A DNA stretch of 28,100 bases from a virus. Its lineage: Duplodnaviria > Caudoviricetes. Positions 8,397 through 17,250 of this stretch are shown here, one piece after another. The translations under genes and the position numbers were made by a program. Location of the stretch: IMG/VR virus record IMGVR_UViG_3300020045_007027, positions 1 to 28,100 of that record; one strand, 5' to 3'. How positions within the stretch are numbered: position 1 is the first letter of the stretch; every line of letters starts with the position of its first letter. Under the pieces are notes generated by a model that was not told where the DNA came from, did no database searches, and was given only the letters and a program-made list of their open reading frames with translations.

Positions 8397-8609
8397 TTAC
8401 CCTTTATTGGAGGGGTTAAATTTTTCTCTTAGTTCAATAGCTAAGTATTTTAACAGCACTTTACCATATTCTTTTTTGGTTAAATGAGTCCCATCTTCGT
8501 GCATTAATTCATTTATAGGCATTGCAATTTCTGAATCGTTTTCGATGTAATAAATAATGTCGTTTAATAATTTTTCAGTTGCTTTTGGTAAATTATATTC
8601 TATTTCCAT
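8397..8609 (-). CDS. Hypothetical protein
   Basis: 70-aa ORF in operon. Confidence 0.65.
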   Translation of the reverse strand: MEIEYNLPKATEKLLNDIIYYIENDSEIAMPINELMHEDGTHLTKKEYGKVLLKYLAIELREKFNPSNKG

Positions 8610-8675
8610 TGGTTTATTTTTAAGTTTAAATTTCTAATTTTCCGAGTATAAGATACAAAATAAAAGTGTTATATC

Positions 8676-8918
8676 CTAATTTGAGGTGTTGTAGAGTTCG
8701 AGTAATTCTGCGGTTGTTACTTGTTCAATTGTTTTCCCGTTATCATAAGACACAAATCCTCTATCAACAAGTCCAATTTTTCCATCTAAGTATATCTTAT
8801 CTTTCCACTCTGCAAAACCTATTGCGTGAGCGTTAGCAATTTCAACACATTTTTTTGCATCTTTTGATGAAAACTCAGTATTGATTAAAATCTCTGAAAA
8901 CTGTTTTTCTAATTTCAT
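8676..8918 (-). CDS. Hypothetical protein
   Basis: 80 aa, AIGFAEW...ELLELY. Confidence 0.7.
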   Translation of the reverse strand: MKLEKQFSEILINTEFSSKDAKKCVEIANAHAIGFAEWKDKIYLDGKIGLVDRGFVSYDNGKTIEQVTTAELLELYNTSN

Positions 8919-8920
8919 AA

Positions 8921-9238
8921 TTACTGTTTTAAGTTATCAATAAAGTTTTTAGAGGCGGTGTCAATGGGTTCTTTGTCGATGTTTCCGCATAATTGGTCGC
9001 AATATGGAATACCGCAACCTTTTCCGTTGTTGCAAGTGTGTTGATATTTCACTCCTTCCTTTATCGCTTCCTTATGAGCTTCTAAAATAGACTCTAATTC
9101 CGATACGTGAATATATTTCAAGTCGGTAGAATTTATCTTATCTGTACACCAAGATACTTCCGAAAGTTCTTTAAAGTCTTTAACTTCTTCTATGTCGGTA
9201 TCGATATTCAAGTAAATTATTTTCGGTATATTTTTCAT
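8921..9238 (-). CDS. Hypothetical protein
   Basis: 105 aa, PKIIYL...VSWC.DKIN plus Cys-rich C-terminus. Confidence 0.7.
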   Translation of the reverse strand: MKNIPKIIYLNIDTDIEEVKDFKELSEVSWCTDKINSTDLKYIHVSELESILEAHKEAIKEGVKYQHTCNNGKGCGIPYCDQLCGNIDKEPIDTASKNFIDNLKQ

Positions 9239-9954
9239 TTTTTTTCACGTTTTAATACCACAATAGCCAAACTATTTTCAGTTATACAAGTCTCCATTAT
9301 AGGAAACTCTGGAAATAGGTTTAAACAATCTTTCATAAAATTTAATGTGTGGGTTGATGATTGCGAAAACCCTTCAGTTAACACAATTGTAACAATAGAA
9401 TTATCTATTATTTTGCAGGTTATTACTAATCCGTATTTTGATAATTTTTCAATTTGATTCATAATTTTATTTTCAGTGTTATTTTCCAATAAAGCGATAA
9501 ACTCGGATTCGGTGGATTCGGTTTTGTTATTTTCTTCAAACCATTTAATTCCATTGTAAGGATTAATTACGTAAAACTCTTTTGATTCGGGATTATATAT
9601 GAAAGCAACAATTAAATGAACTGGCAGATGCTTAAAGGCTTCTTTATCATCCCAAATCGGAAGCTTATACTTCAAACAAATTGCTTTTAACCTATTCGAT
9701 TGTTTTTGGGAGGTTATGGGGATGTATATTTCATAAATACTTTTAGGTTTATCTTTTGGATTAACCAAAATAGGCTCTATTGCAATAGAATAAATATCGC
9801 CACCGATTTTGTTTTCTTTTTTGAACTTCTGAATTATGTCTTTATTATTAAATATTTTTGCTTCTGCGAAAAGCCCTGCCCAAAAAATATGGGTATTTGT
9901 AATTGAAGAAAAATATTCGTTTCCTTCTCTGATAACGTAAATAGTTTGTTTCAT
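9235..9954 (-). CDS. Hypothetical protein
   Basis: 239-aa ORF coupled to neighbours. Confidence 0.7.
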   Translation of the reverse strand: MKQTIYVIREGNEYFSSITNTHIFWAGLFAEAKIFNNKDIIQKFKKENKIGGDIYSIAIEPILVNPKDKPKSIYEIYIPITSQKQSNRLKAICLKYKLPIWDDKEAFKHLPVHLIVAFIYNPESKEFYVINPYNGIKWFEENNKTESTESEFIALLENNTENKIMNQIEKLSKYGLVITCKIIDNSIVTIVLTEGFSQSSTHTLNFMKDCLNLFPEFPIMETCITENSLAIVVLKREKK

Positions 9955-9957
9955 AAT

Positions 9958-10323
9958 CTAATTCTGTTTTAAAATGAGTATTTTAGTTTCTTCAGTAGGC
10001 ATTAAGCCTTTGGATTCTAATAATGAGTAAAAACTTGTTTTAGAATATCCATAAGGGTAAAAACCAATATCAGACATAAAATCCTTATAAGTTATTCTTT
10101 CGTTTTCTATGTGTTTCTCCACATAAGGCTCACAGTCAAAAGTAATTTCAGTAAGGGATGCTGTGCCTAGGATTTCTAAGTTTCTATCTTGGAGTTCAAA
10201 CCATCCTACATATTTGCCTGATTTACAATTTAATATCAATCTTTCGCCAGCTATATGAAAATTACTGGAATCGTTTGGAACTGCTATTCCGAATATATTG
10301 TTATCTAAGTTTACTAAATTCAT
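9958..10323 (-). CDS. Hypothetical protein
   Basis: 121-aa ORF in operon. Confidence 0.7.
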   Translation of the reverse strand: MNLVNLDNNIFGIAVPNDSSNFHIAGERLILNCKSGKYVGWFELQDRNLEILGTASLTEITFDCEPYVEKHIENERITYKDFMSDIGFYPYGYSKTSFYSLLESKGLMPTEETKILILKQN

Positions 10324-10556
10324 TGTTCTTGAGTAAATTGTTTTTTAAAATAATTTGAACCGTGATAAATGCTTTCTTCCAAATAAGCATCTGCTCCATT
10401 TTCATATCCTTTGTCAAAAGCATTCTCAATAACTTCTTTTTCTTTTGGGAGTAGTTCGGTTAATATCCGCTTCATTCTGTTTATGCTGATTGGATATTCA
10501 ATTGTAGCTTCTTCTAACTTTTCAATAGCTAAGGCTAAAGGTGTTTTTGTTTTCAT
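10320..10556 (-). CDS. Hypothetical protein
   Basis: 78 aa, EKEVIENAF motif. Confidence 0.7.
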   Translation of the reverse strand: MKTKTPLALAIEKLEEATIEYPISINRMKRILTELLPKEKEVIENAFDKGYENGADAYLEESIYHGSNYFKKQFTQEQ

Positions 10557-10567
10557 TTGTTAGGGTG

Positions 10568-10948
10568 TTAAAAGTTTTTAGAGTTGTAGATTTCAACGGC
10601 TGATTTTATCGCTATTTCTACTGCCTCTGAGCGTTTGCCGAAATACAAAAGACTGCCTTGTTCATCTTCTAAATCATCAAAACAGTCAATAAATTGTTCA
10701 TTACGATATACAATTGTTGGATAAAATGCTACTGCTCCACCTCCAATATACGGATTAATTTTAATGAATATTTCTTGCTCATCTAACCATTCAATTATTA
10801 AGGCGTGTTGAACAATATCCTCGTAAGAGTTAAATAGTTTTATTCTAATAGATTTTTGAAATCGTATCATTTCTTTTTCACTGTTAGAGAAATCAATTCC
10901 ATTTAGTAAATATTCGTAAAAGTCAATTTTTGCTTTTCCTGTTAACAT
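10568..10948 (-). CDS. Hypothetical protein
   Basis: 126-aa ORF in operon. Confidence 0.7.
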   Translation of the reverse strand: MLTGKAKIDFYEYLLNGIDFSNSEKEMIRFQKSIRIKLFNSYEDIVQHALIIEWLDEQEIFIKINPYIGGGAVAFYPTIVYRNEQFIDCFDDLEDEQGSLLYFGKRSEAVEIAIKSAVEIYNSKNF

Positions 10949-11019
10949 AATTTCTCTTATTTTATCCTTAAAATTACTGATTTTAAACGAGTTAACCTAA
11001 TGAATTAGGGGTTTTTGCT

Positions 11020-11217
11020 TTAAAGTTTTCCGAAAATATCTCTTAGTTTTTCAAAGTTTTCATCACTAAACGGATTAAAATCTTTTGGGTGTTCAGTTTC
11101 TATTTTGTGAAAAATAATCTTCTCAAATAGTTTCTGCTTTGCCTCGGCATCATTCTTAGCCTCAACTTTCATCATTAGCTTTTTACCGCCAATTTCAAAA
11201 TATACTTTCTTTGTCAT
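11020..11217 (-). CDS. Hypothetical protein
   Basis: 65-aa ORF in operon. Confidence 0.7.
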   Translation of the reverse strand: MTKKVYFEIGGKKLMMKVEAKNDAEAKQKLFEKIIFHKIETEHPKDFNPFSDENFEKLRDIFGKL

Positions 11218-11219
11218 TT

Positions 11220-11564
11220 TTAATCTTCATTTTTAGTCAAAAAATACTTATCAAAACTCCCACTTTTACTAATTGTCAATTCATATCTTTTATTGATAGA
11301 ATCTTTTAAATAAAGTGCGGGATAAACTCTATCATAGCAGATGTATAAGCTGTCCTTAGACGTTAAAAACTTTCTGCTGTACATAACATGAATTTTTACT
11401 TTTCGCTTATCTGAGACAATTATTATGCTGTCGTGTGTAATCTTAACCGATCCTTTTTCAAGTGATTTTACAATTCCTTTTTCTGTTCTGTTGAAAGAGG
11501 TTTCGTAATTGTAGCGTTGGCTAAATCCTGAAAATCCGAGTAGTAGAATGAATAGGAATTTCAC
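11220..11564 (-). CDS. Putative exported protein (signal peptide)
   Basis: MKFLFILLLGFSGFS|Q signal peptide. Confidence 0.65.
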   Translation of the reverse strand: MKFLFILLLGFSGFSQRYNYETSFNRTEKGIVKSLEKGSVKITHDSIIIVSDKRKVKIHVMYSRKFLTSKDSLYICYDRVYPALYLKDSINKRYELTISKSGSFDKYFLTKNED

Positions 11565-11974
11565 AGTAGTTCGGGGTTTTCGTAGATGTTACCGATTACT
11601 TGCCAATAACTTTGAATTTCGGAACTTAAAAGCCATTCATAATCTGATGGAATTTCAACGGTACGTCGTTCCATAGGCTCTTTATCATATGCCTCTTTTA
11701 ATTTTTTTAGTTCTTCACCTTGTGCAAAGTGCATTTTTATACCATAACTACTTCTGTACCATTCCCACTTGTCTGAAAACTCTAAAATATCCCCTTCATA
11801 AATATCTTTTCCATTTCTGTCTTTCAATCCTATAAATCTTCTAACATAAACAGCGGGTAATATTTGCCAAACATCACATTTATCGTGCATAAAAGGAATT
11901 TCACTTAAGGAATAAACCTTTTTAACTAATCCGTTAACACTTGAAAAACCATATTCAAATTTTATTTCACTCAT
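11561..11974 (-). CDS. YopX-family protein
   Basis: FIGLKDRNGKDIYEGDIL...VIGNIYENPELL signature. Confidence 0.9.
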   Translation of the reverse strand: MSEIKFEYGFSSVNGLVKKVYSLSEIPFMHDKCDVWQILPAVYVRRFIGLKDRNGKDIYEGDILEFSDKWEWYRSSYGIKMHFAQGEELKKLKEAYDKEPMERRTVEIPSDYEWLLSSEIQSYWQVIGNIYENPELL

Positions 11975-11978
11975 AACT

Positions 11979-12326
11979 TTAATTTCTTACTTGTTTAAAA
12001 TATTCATCCCTACATCTTTCCCTACCACCTTCATCCTGACAATAAAGCCTTAACTTATTTCTTGATACTTTTTCAAGGCTAATTCTGTAAACATTAGGAA
12101 ATGATTCAAATACAAAAGTTCTATCGTCTGTGCTCCTTATTTCGGCTACATAGCTTGTTTCTGCGTGTGGTTCGTTTGACTGCCATTGGATTGTATCAGC
12201 AGTAATTACAATTGTATCGTTTCCACTTGCATTAGTCCATTCTCCTATGAAATTAGAGGGTATTGGATAGTTGCTTTGTTGGGCGAAAAGTGGAAATGTG
12301 AGTAGTAGGAGGATTAGTGTTTTCAT
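11979..12326 (-). CDS. Putative exported protein (signal peptide, beta-barrel-like)
   Basis: MKTLILLLLTFPLFA|Q signal peptide; FIGEW motif. Confidence 0.65.
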   Translation of the reverse strand: MKTLILLLLTFPLFAQQSNYPIPSNFIGEWTNASGNDTIVITADTIQWQSNEPHAETSYVAEIRSTDDRTFVFESFPNVYRISLEKVSRNKLRLYCQDEGGRERCRDEYFKQVRN

Positions 12327-12559
12327 AGCTTAAAAAAATCATTAAATTCAACTGTCCTAATTCCATATTCTCTTTGTGCTTTTGCGCATCCGATAGCGCC
12401 AGTATTCAATTGTATTTTCTTTTTTGCATAAATAACAACCGCTGTTTCTCGTTCTGCCATTTGTGGAACCCAATCAAGGTAACAGTATTCTTTTCCGATA
12501 AATTCAGACGCTTTATTATATTCTGATTCGTTTCTAACGATAATCGATAATCCTATCAT
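12323..12559 (-). CDS. Hypothetical protein
   Basis: 78-aa ORF in operon. Confidence 0.65.
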   Translation of the reverse strand: MIGLSIIVRNESEYNKASEFIGKEYCYLDWVPQMAERETAVVIYAKKKIQLNTGAIGCAKAQREYGIRTVEFNDFFKL

Positions 12560-12571
12560 AATTTCTATTTG

Positions 12572-12919
12572 TTATAAATTTTTAGTTTCTAATATCTTTC
12601 CAAGTTTTAACACGAAATACGCTGAAAAATCATCTGCTCCCCAATAAGAATTACCACCTCGAATTTCCAATCCTTCAAATTCAATTGTCATTTTTCTTGA
12701 CTTCGGACTATAACCATTTGAAAATTCAATAACATCAAATTTTTTAGCTACGAAATCATCGCTGATATTGAATAAAAAGCCACTATGCACATCGCACATA
12801 ATTTTATCTAATAATCTATCAGACCAATACTTTTTTAATTCTCGATACTCTTCCTTCTTTTCGCCCGACAAAATCATATCGAACCATTTTTTATTTAAAG
12901 TCAAATGCAGTATTTTCAT
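12572..12919 (-). CDS. ASCH-domain protein
   Basis: LHLTL.KKWFDMILSGEKKEEYRE (GxKxxExR) signature. Confidence 0.85.
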   Translation of the reverse strand: MKILHLTLNKKWFDMILSGEKKEEYRELKKYWSDRLLDKIMCDVHSGFLFNISDDFVAKKFDVIEFSNGYSPKSRKMTIEFEGLEIRGGNSYWGADDFSAYFVLKLGKILETKNL

Positions 12920-12923
12920 AATC

Positions 12924-13406
12924 TTATTTTTTATCTGTTAATTCCTTTAAATTGATTTCTAAATCAATATTGAATATTGATAAAATGTTTTGCAACTGAT
13001 GAAGGTATAATTTACCATCGTGGTCGTAGTTGTAGAGACAAACTGCATCTGACATCTTATTAATATTTTCTTCATCACGTTCACAAAGCCAAATAAATCC
13101 GTTTGGAGTGCCAATATCAGCCAAAGACAAAACTCTATTTCTACCTAATTCAATATTAAAAATTAAAGATATTTTAGATTTTAGATTTTTTGCGAACTGT
13201 GGACAACTCAATAGTATAGATTCATCTAAGGGAATAGGCTGTAAATCTGAAATATCATAAGTCATATTTACCCTTTGATTTATGCCTACTGTTTCGCTTC
13301 CGTCGATGTGAGCCATAATAGAAGAAACTTTTCCAATTTCTTTATGTTCGCCATTGTAGTAAACTAAATTATTTATCTTGAGGTCATTTGCTTTTATCTG
13401 TTCCAT
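12924..13406 (-). CDS. Conserved-looking phage hypothetical protein
   Basis: ANDLKINNLV...QPIPLDE.IL...YLHQLQN motifs. Confidence 0.7.
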   Translation of the reverse strand: MEQIKANDLKINNLVYYNGEHKEIGKVSSIMAHIDGSETVGINQRVNMTYDISDLQPIPLDESILLSCPQFAKNLKSKISLIFNIELGRNRVLSLADIGTPNGFIWLCERDEENINKMSDAVCLYNYDHDGKLYLHQLQNILSIFNIDLEINLKELTDKK

Positions 13407-13455
13407 TTCTTTTATTTTAAGTTGTTAAAAATGATCGTGTGTAGTTTATTGAAAG

Positions 13456-14295
13456 TTATTGTTCGATTAAATAAGGCAAACTATCTTTGTTGATGTCAAA
13501 TGTGAACTCTTCAAATTTGTAGCCTCTGGAATAAGGATTTGTAACAGTAACGCTTTCATCTGGATTGATGTTTAACTCAATTACGGTTTCGGCTTTTTTC
13601 AAAACATAAGTTCCTAAATGCCCTAACGGCTTTCCAGTTATTGCGCTTTTGTGGATTACCGTTGTGATGTGAATATTGTAATCATAAGTCCATTTCAAAA
13701 TATAATCTGAAGCCTCTTTTGACATTACAATATCATTTGTATTTTCCACTAAATCAGCTATACCATCAATCGAAACAAGCTTGACTGGGTGTTTGTATAG
13801 TGCGCTTTGGTTCTTAAGGCAATAATCAATCATAAGCAAACGGTCTTTAGATGAAATATGCCTTGTAGCGTAGCCATAATAAAACTCATAGTTGCCTCCT
13901 GATATTTCTTTAACTCTTCTAAAAGAACGCTGAGTATAATATTTACCTTGTTCTGTATCAAAGTCTAAAATTGAAAAATCAGTATTACGATGTGTTTTGA
14001 TATTTGGAAATAATATGTTTGCGTTCCCTCCAATGTAGCAACCCAAAAAACCAGCTTTTAAAAAAGACTTCTTTGCTTTTGACTGAGCAATAATTGCTGA
14101 AAACTCACCTGCTGTCATTATTGGAGTGTCGTAGTAATTGCCTTTGTATTCGTGTCTACCGATTGAAAGTAATATTTCAGGGCGTGGCATTTCTTCCGAT
14201 AAATCAACATAGCAATCCTGCAAAAGTTTTGAGTAATCAGTTTCATTTTCCTGAACAGTAGATTCAATTTCTATTGGTTTAAATAAATTACTCAT
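13456..14295 (-). CDS. P-loop ATPase, AAA_25/RecA-like (helicase-related)
   Basis: Degenerate Walker A (AQSKAKKS), FDTEQG, Walker B (VSIDGIAD), VIH, GHLG. Confidence 0.75.
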   Translation of the reverse strand: MSNLFKPIEIESTVQENETDYSKLLQDCYVDLSEEMPRPEILLSIGRHEYKGNYYDTPIMTAGEFSAIIAQSKAKKSFLKAGFLGCYIGGNANILFPNIKTHRNTDFSILDFDTEQGKYYTQRSFRRVKEISGGNYEFYYGYATRHISSKDRLLMIDYCLKNQSALYKHPVKLVSIDGIADLVENTNDIVMSKEASDYILKWTYDYNIHITTVIHKSAITGKPLGHLGTYVLKKAETVIELNINPDESVTVTNPYSRGYKFEEFTFDINKDSLPYLIEQ

Positions 14296-14798
14296 AGTCT
14301 GTAGGCTTCATTGTTTAAAATCTGATTGGCTGTCATAAAGAAATTGCCTTTTACCTGATCAGGCGAATTATAAAACATAATTTCATCGAGTATGTTTTTT
14401 TGATGTACATCCCAAAACTGATTTTCTCTTTTAGCCAAAGCCTCTACATCTGTAAATTCATTTTCTGGAATATCAATTGTTAAAGTTTTAATATAGTTTG
14501 TTAGCTGAGTAGAATTAATCTTTGATGCCAGTATTTCAATATGAACATCTAACGGTAGTTTTAGTTCTTGAGACAAAAATTTTAAACTTTCATTAATATT
14601 TTGATTTGATGCGTAGTATTTATCTTTGATGTAAAGACAAAGTATCTTAGCAAAAACACGATTGTCTTCAATTCCTTTTTTTTGAAAGTCATCAATAGAT
14701 TTTAAAATTGTGTTTAATGCCACAATATCCGTTTCGTTTGGCTTGTTTTGTTTGCCGAAAGTAAAACGTAGTCTTTTTATTGATTCAAGTAAATTCAT
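14292..14798 (-). CDS. Hypothetical protein
   Basis: 168 aa, coupled between the initiator-like gene and the ATPase. Confidence 0.7.
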   Translation of the reverse strand: MNLLESIKRLRFTFGKQNKPNETDIVALNTILKSIDDFQKKGIEDNRVFAKILCLYIKDKYYASNQNINESLKFLSQELKLPLDVHIEILASKINSTQLTNYIKTLTIDIPENEFTDVEALAKRENQFWDVHQKNILDEIMFYNSPDQVKGNFFMTANQILNNEAYRL

Positions 14799-14800
14799 AA

Positions 14801-15469
14801 CTAAAATTTTAGTGGTTGGCGTTCGGGTGCGTTCTTTTTATCTTTTTCAATTTCTATTGGTAGCCATCGGGTAAAATGTGAAGCGTATTCAGTAGAGTTG
14901 TTTTTTTTGTCTTTGCATAAAAACAAATCATTTTGAAAACGTTTTAAATATTCTTTGGTTTTCAAAACGGTAATCTTATTTTTAATTGAATTCACTTCTA
15001 ACCAATAATCTGAAGTAGAAAACTCTTTAAAAAATTCTGTATTAATTTCTATTTTAGTTTCTATTTCTATTTTAGTTTCTATTTGGTTAGCTATAGGCTT
15101 GTCGTTTTTTTCTTCAAGGCTTTCAATAGGCTTAACAGTAGGCTTACGTGTAGGCTTTGGTTTTTCTCCTCCTTTTTTACCACCTCTAACTAAATTCAAA
15201 CGGCTTTCACAACTTGGTATTGTTAAAATATCTGCCGAAACTGTTACTAAATTAAGCTTTTGAAGTTTTTTTAGTATAAAATTTAATTCATCATCTGATA
15301 CGCAAAACTTACGCCTCCAAACGTCTAATTTAATTTGTACTTTATTATCGCAAAGCATAGCTAAATCTATTAATTCACGATATAATCCACGCTCTGAAAG
15401 ATTAAGTTCAAAAACGCTTTCGGAATTTCCCCAGTCTTTGGGATACCAAGTGTAGCCTAATTTAGCCAT
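14801..15469 (-). CDS. Putative replication initiator (YdaU/DUF1376-like N-terminus)
   Basis: WYPKDW...LSERGLYRELID N-terminus, RGGKKGG, repetitive linker with internal direct repeats; upstream of a helicase-like ATPase. Confidence 0.6.
   Translation of the reverse strand: MAKLGYTWYPKDWGNSESVFELNLSERGLYRELIDLAMLCDNKVQIKLDVWRRKFCVSDDELNFILKKLQKLNLVTVSADILTIPSCESRLNLVRGGKKGGEKPKPTRKPTVKPIESLEEKNDKPIANQIETKIEIETKIEINTEFFKEFSTSDYWLEVNSIKNKITVLKTKEYLKRFQNDLFLCKDKKNNSTEYASHFTRWLPIEIEKDKKNAPERQPLKF
15045..15157. repeat. Iteron-like repeats inside the initiator gene
   Basis: ATTTCTATTTTAGTTTCT twice in tandem (15045-15080). TAGGCTT at 15094, 15127, 15139 and 15151 (12-bp period for the last three). 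Confidence 0.6.
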
Positions 15470-15504
15470 AAATATTAAAATTAAAGTTTAGGGATTTTAT
15501 ACAA

Positions 15505-15552
15505 AACAGAAAACCCTTAATCAAAGGGCTAGACGTTCTTTGAATTAAGGGT
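15505..15552 (-). terminator. Terminator/attenuator hairpin in the leader of the initiator gene
   Basis: Minus strand ACCCTTAAT(t)CAAAG-aacgtctagcc-CTTTGATTAAGGGT-TTTCTGTTTT. Confidence 0.7.
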
Positions 15553-15618
15553 GTGACTTTCTGTTTAAATCAAAATGGCATCCTATTTATCAATAGGTGT
15601 CTAGCCAAATTGATACTA

Positions 15619-15651
15619 CAAATATACAAATAAAAACGTTATACAAACAAA
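15619..15651 (-). promoter_or_regulatory. Bacteroidota primary-sigma promoter for the replication genes
   Basis: TATATTTG (15619-15626) with TTTG 17 or 21 nt upstream. Confidence 0.65.
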
Positions 15652-15705
15652 AATGTAATAATTTTTAAAGTAATATTTGGCTCTACAATCATTTGGTTAG
15701 ATTTT

Positions 15706-16560
15706 TTAGGGTTGGGAATTGCAAAAAAGAGTGTCCTGCTGTTTTGATATTAAAGTTTTAGCAAATCCAAATTCCTCAATTTCGCTAAGTTTTTGATATT
15801 CTTGGTCAATCCATATAGAGGCTTGTTTGTGGAAGTCTTTTTTAATTTCAAAGCCGAAGCATTTACGTTTTAGTTTCTGTCCTGCAATTAAAGTAGATCC
15901 GCTTCCTGCGCAAGGGTCAATTACAACATCACCTTCATCGGTAAATATTTCAATTAGTTTCGTGAGTAATTTTAACGGCTTTTGAGTTGGGTGTAATTTT
16001 TCTACATCTGCATCGTCTCGTTCCCAATCCAAACAATTAAATACCATTTTACCTTTATTATTGAACTTTGGAAGCTTATCCCGATAAAGCACTAAGCCAT
16101 ATTCACAATTGCCTACAACCTTCATATTTGCCTTTAGTACCTGAGCTGAAAAGTTTTTACGAAAAACTAAATTGATATAATTATTCAATCCATATTTTTT
16201 AGCCAATTCGATTAAATACATTTGCTGGTCAAAAGCGCAAAAAATAATCATACACGGGGCGTCTCCTTTTTGTCTTGCCTCGCCTTCAACTTTTACCTTT
16301 TTGTTTTCGGGTTTAAGCATTGTAGAACAGAAGTGCATAAATTCAGCAGGTCTAAAATCTTCATCGGTATCAAAAAAGCTTTTACCTGCTAATTCACTTT
16401 CGCCATTTGAATTGTCCCCATGTTTATACCACGCAGGATTTGAGGCATAAGCATTATTTCCTAAGTTATACGGAATATCCGCAATAATCAACTGCGCTTT
16501 TGGAATGGCATAGGTCTTGAAATTCTGGAAATGGTTATGGAATAATTGTGCTTTTTTCAT
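15706..16560 (-). CDS. DNA methyltransferase, N6A/N4C family, beta class (orphan)
   Basis: DIPY (motif IV) precedes HPTQKP and DPCAGSGST (motif I). No adjacent restriction endonuclease. Confidence 0.92.
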   Translation of the reverse strand: MKKAQLFHNHFQNFKTYAIPKAQLIIADIPYNLGNNAYASNPAWYKHGDNSNGESELAGKSFFDTDEDFRPAEFMHFCSTMLKPENKKVKVEGEARQKGDAPCMIIFCAFDQQMYLIELAKKYGLNNYINLVFRKNFSAQVLKANMKVVGNCEYGLVLYRDKLPKFNNKGKMVFNCLDWERDDADVEKLHPTQKPLKLLTKLIEIFTDEGDVVIDPCAGSGSTLIAGQKLKRKCFGFEIKKDFHKQASIWIDQEYQKLSEIEEFGFAKTLISKQQDTLFCNSQP

Positions 16561-16563
16561 TTT

Positions 16564-16920
16564 TTAAAGTTTATTTAGTTCTGTGTAATTAAGACGGCTT
16601 TCGGCTGTAACATAGCCCTTTTTAAAAACCCTTTTCAAGATATAATTAACCTTACGTTCAGGTAATAAAAAATGCTCAGCTATTTCTTTTGCGCTGTTAT
16701 TTTTGTTTTCGAGCCAATAGAAAAATATTTCATATTCAAATGTATAATCTATTTTTCCTGTGTTTCTATTCCCGAAATCTGTTACAAATCCTGAAATCTC
16801 TTTTACTATTGTTGCAGGGTATTCAATACCTTTTCCTGTGTTGTAACCTAACTTTCTAAGGCGGTATTTAACCGTGCCTCGAAGTAGATTAGTCTTTAGT
16901 GAAATTTGATAAGCATTCAT
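16564..16920 (-). CDS. Putative HTH DNA-binding protein
   Basis: SAKEIAEHFLLPERKVNYILK resembles an HTH. Confidence 0.55.
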   Translation of the reverse strand: MNAYQISLKTNLLRGTVKYRLRKLGYNTGKGIEYPATIVKEISGFVTDFGNRNTGKIDYTFEYEIFFYWLENKNNSAKEIAEHFLLPERKVNYILKRVFKKGYVTAESRLNYTELNKL

Positions 16921-17202
16921 TTAAGAGGCTGTTTGTTCAGTAAGTTTATAAGTACTGCACTTACTTTTAGCTATCGGACAGATTTTAGTTCCAGATATTT
17001 CTACTTTTCCTGCAACTACTAATTCAGACATCCTACGAGCTACTTTTACAGGGTCATAATGCCATCTTAAATCTTTAGCTATTTGCCTATACGTTAAATC
17101 AGAGTTGACTGCTAAACAGCCTAAAATAGCGTTATGATCGTTTTGCTTTTTGTCGGCCGTGAAATTCTGAAAGGCTAAAAGCGATGTTTGTTGTGTTGTC
17201 AT
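16921..17202 (-). CDS. Winged-HTH protein
   Basis: LTYRQIAKDL...VARRMSELV..GKV pattern. Confidence 0.7.
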   Translation of the reverse strand: MTTQQTSLLAFQNFTADKKQNDHNAILGCLAVNSDLTYRQIAKDLRWHYDPVKVARRMSELVVAGKVEISGTKICPIAKSKCSTYKLTEQTAS

Positions 17203-17250
17203 AGCTTTAATTTTTAATTGTCCCCTAATAGAAAGTAATTAGTAGGACGG

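Noticed and set aside
9107-10358. Plus-strand ORFs 9107-9457, 9700-9906, 10158-10358
   Set aside because: Antisense shadows of the tightly packed minus-strand operon.
15706-16560. Restriction-modification system
   Set aside because: No neighbouring endonuclease; orphan methyltransferases are common in phages.
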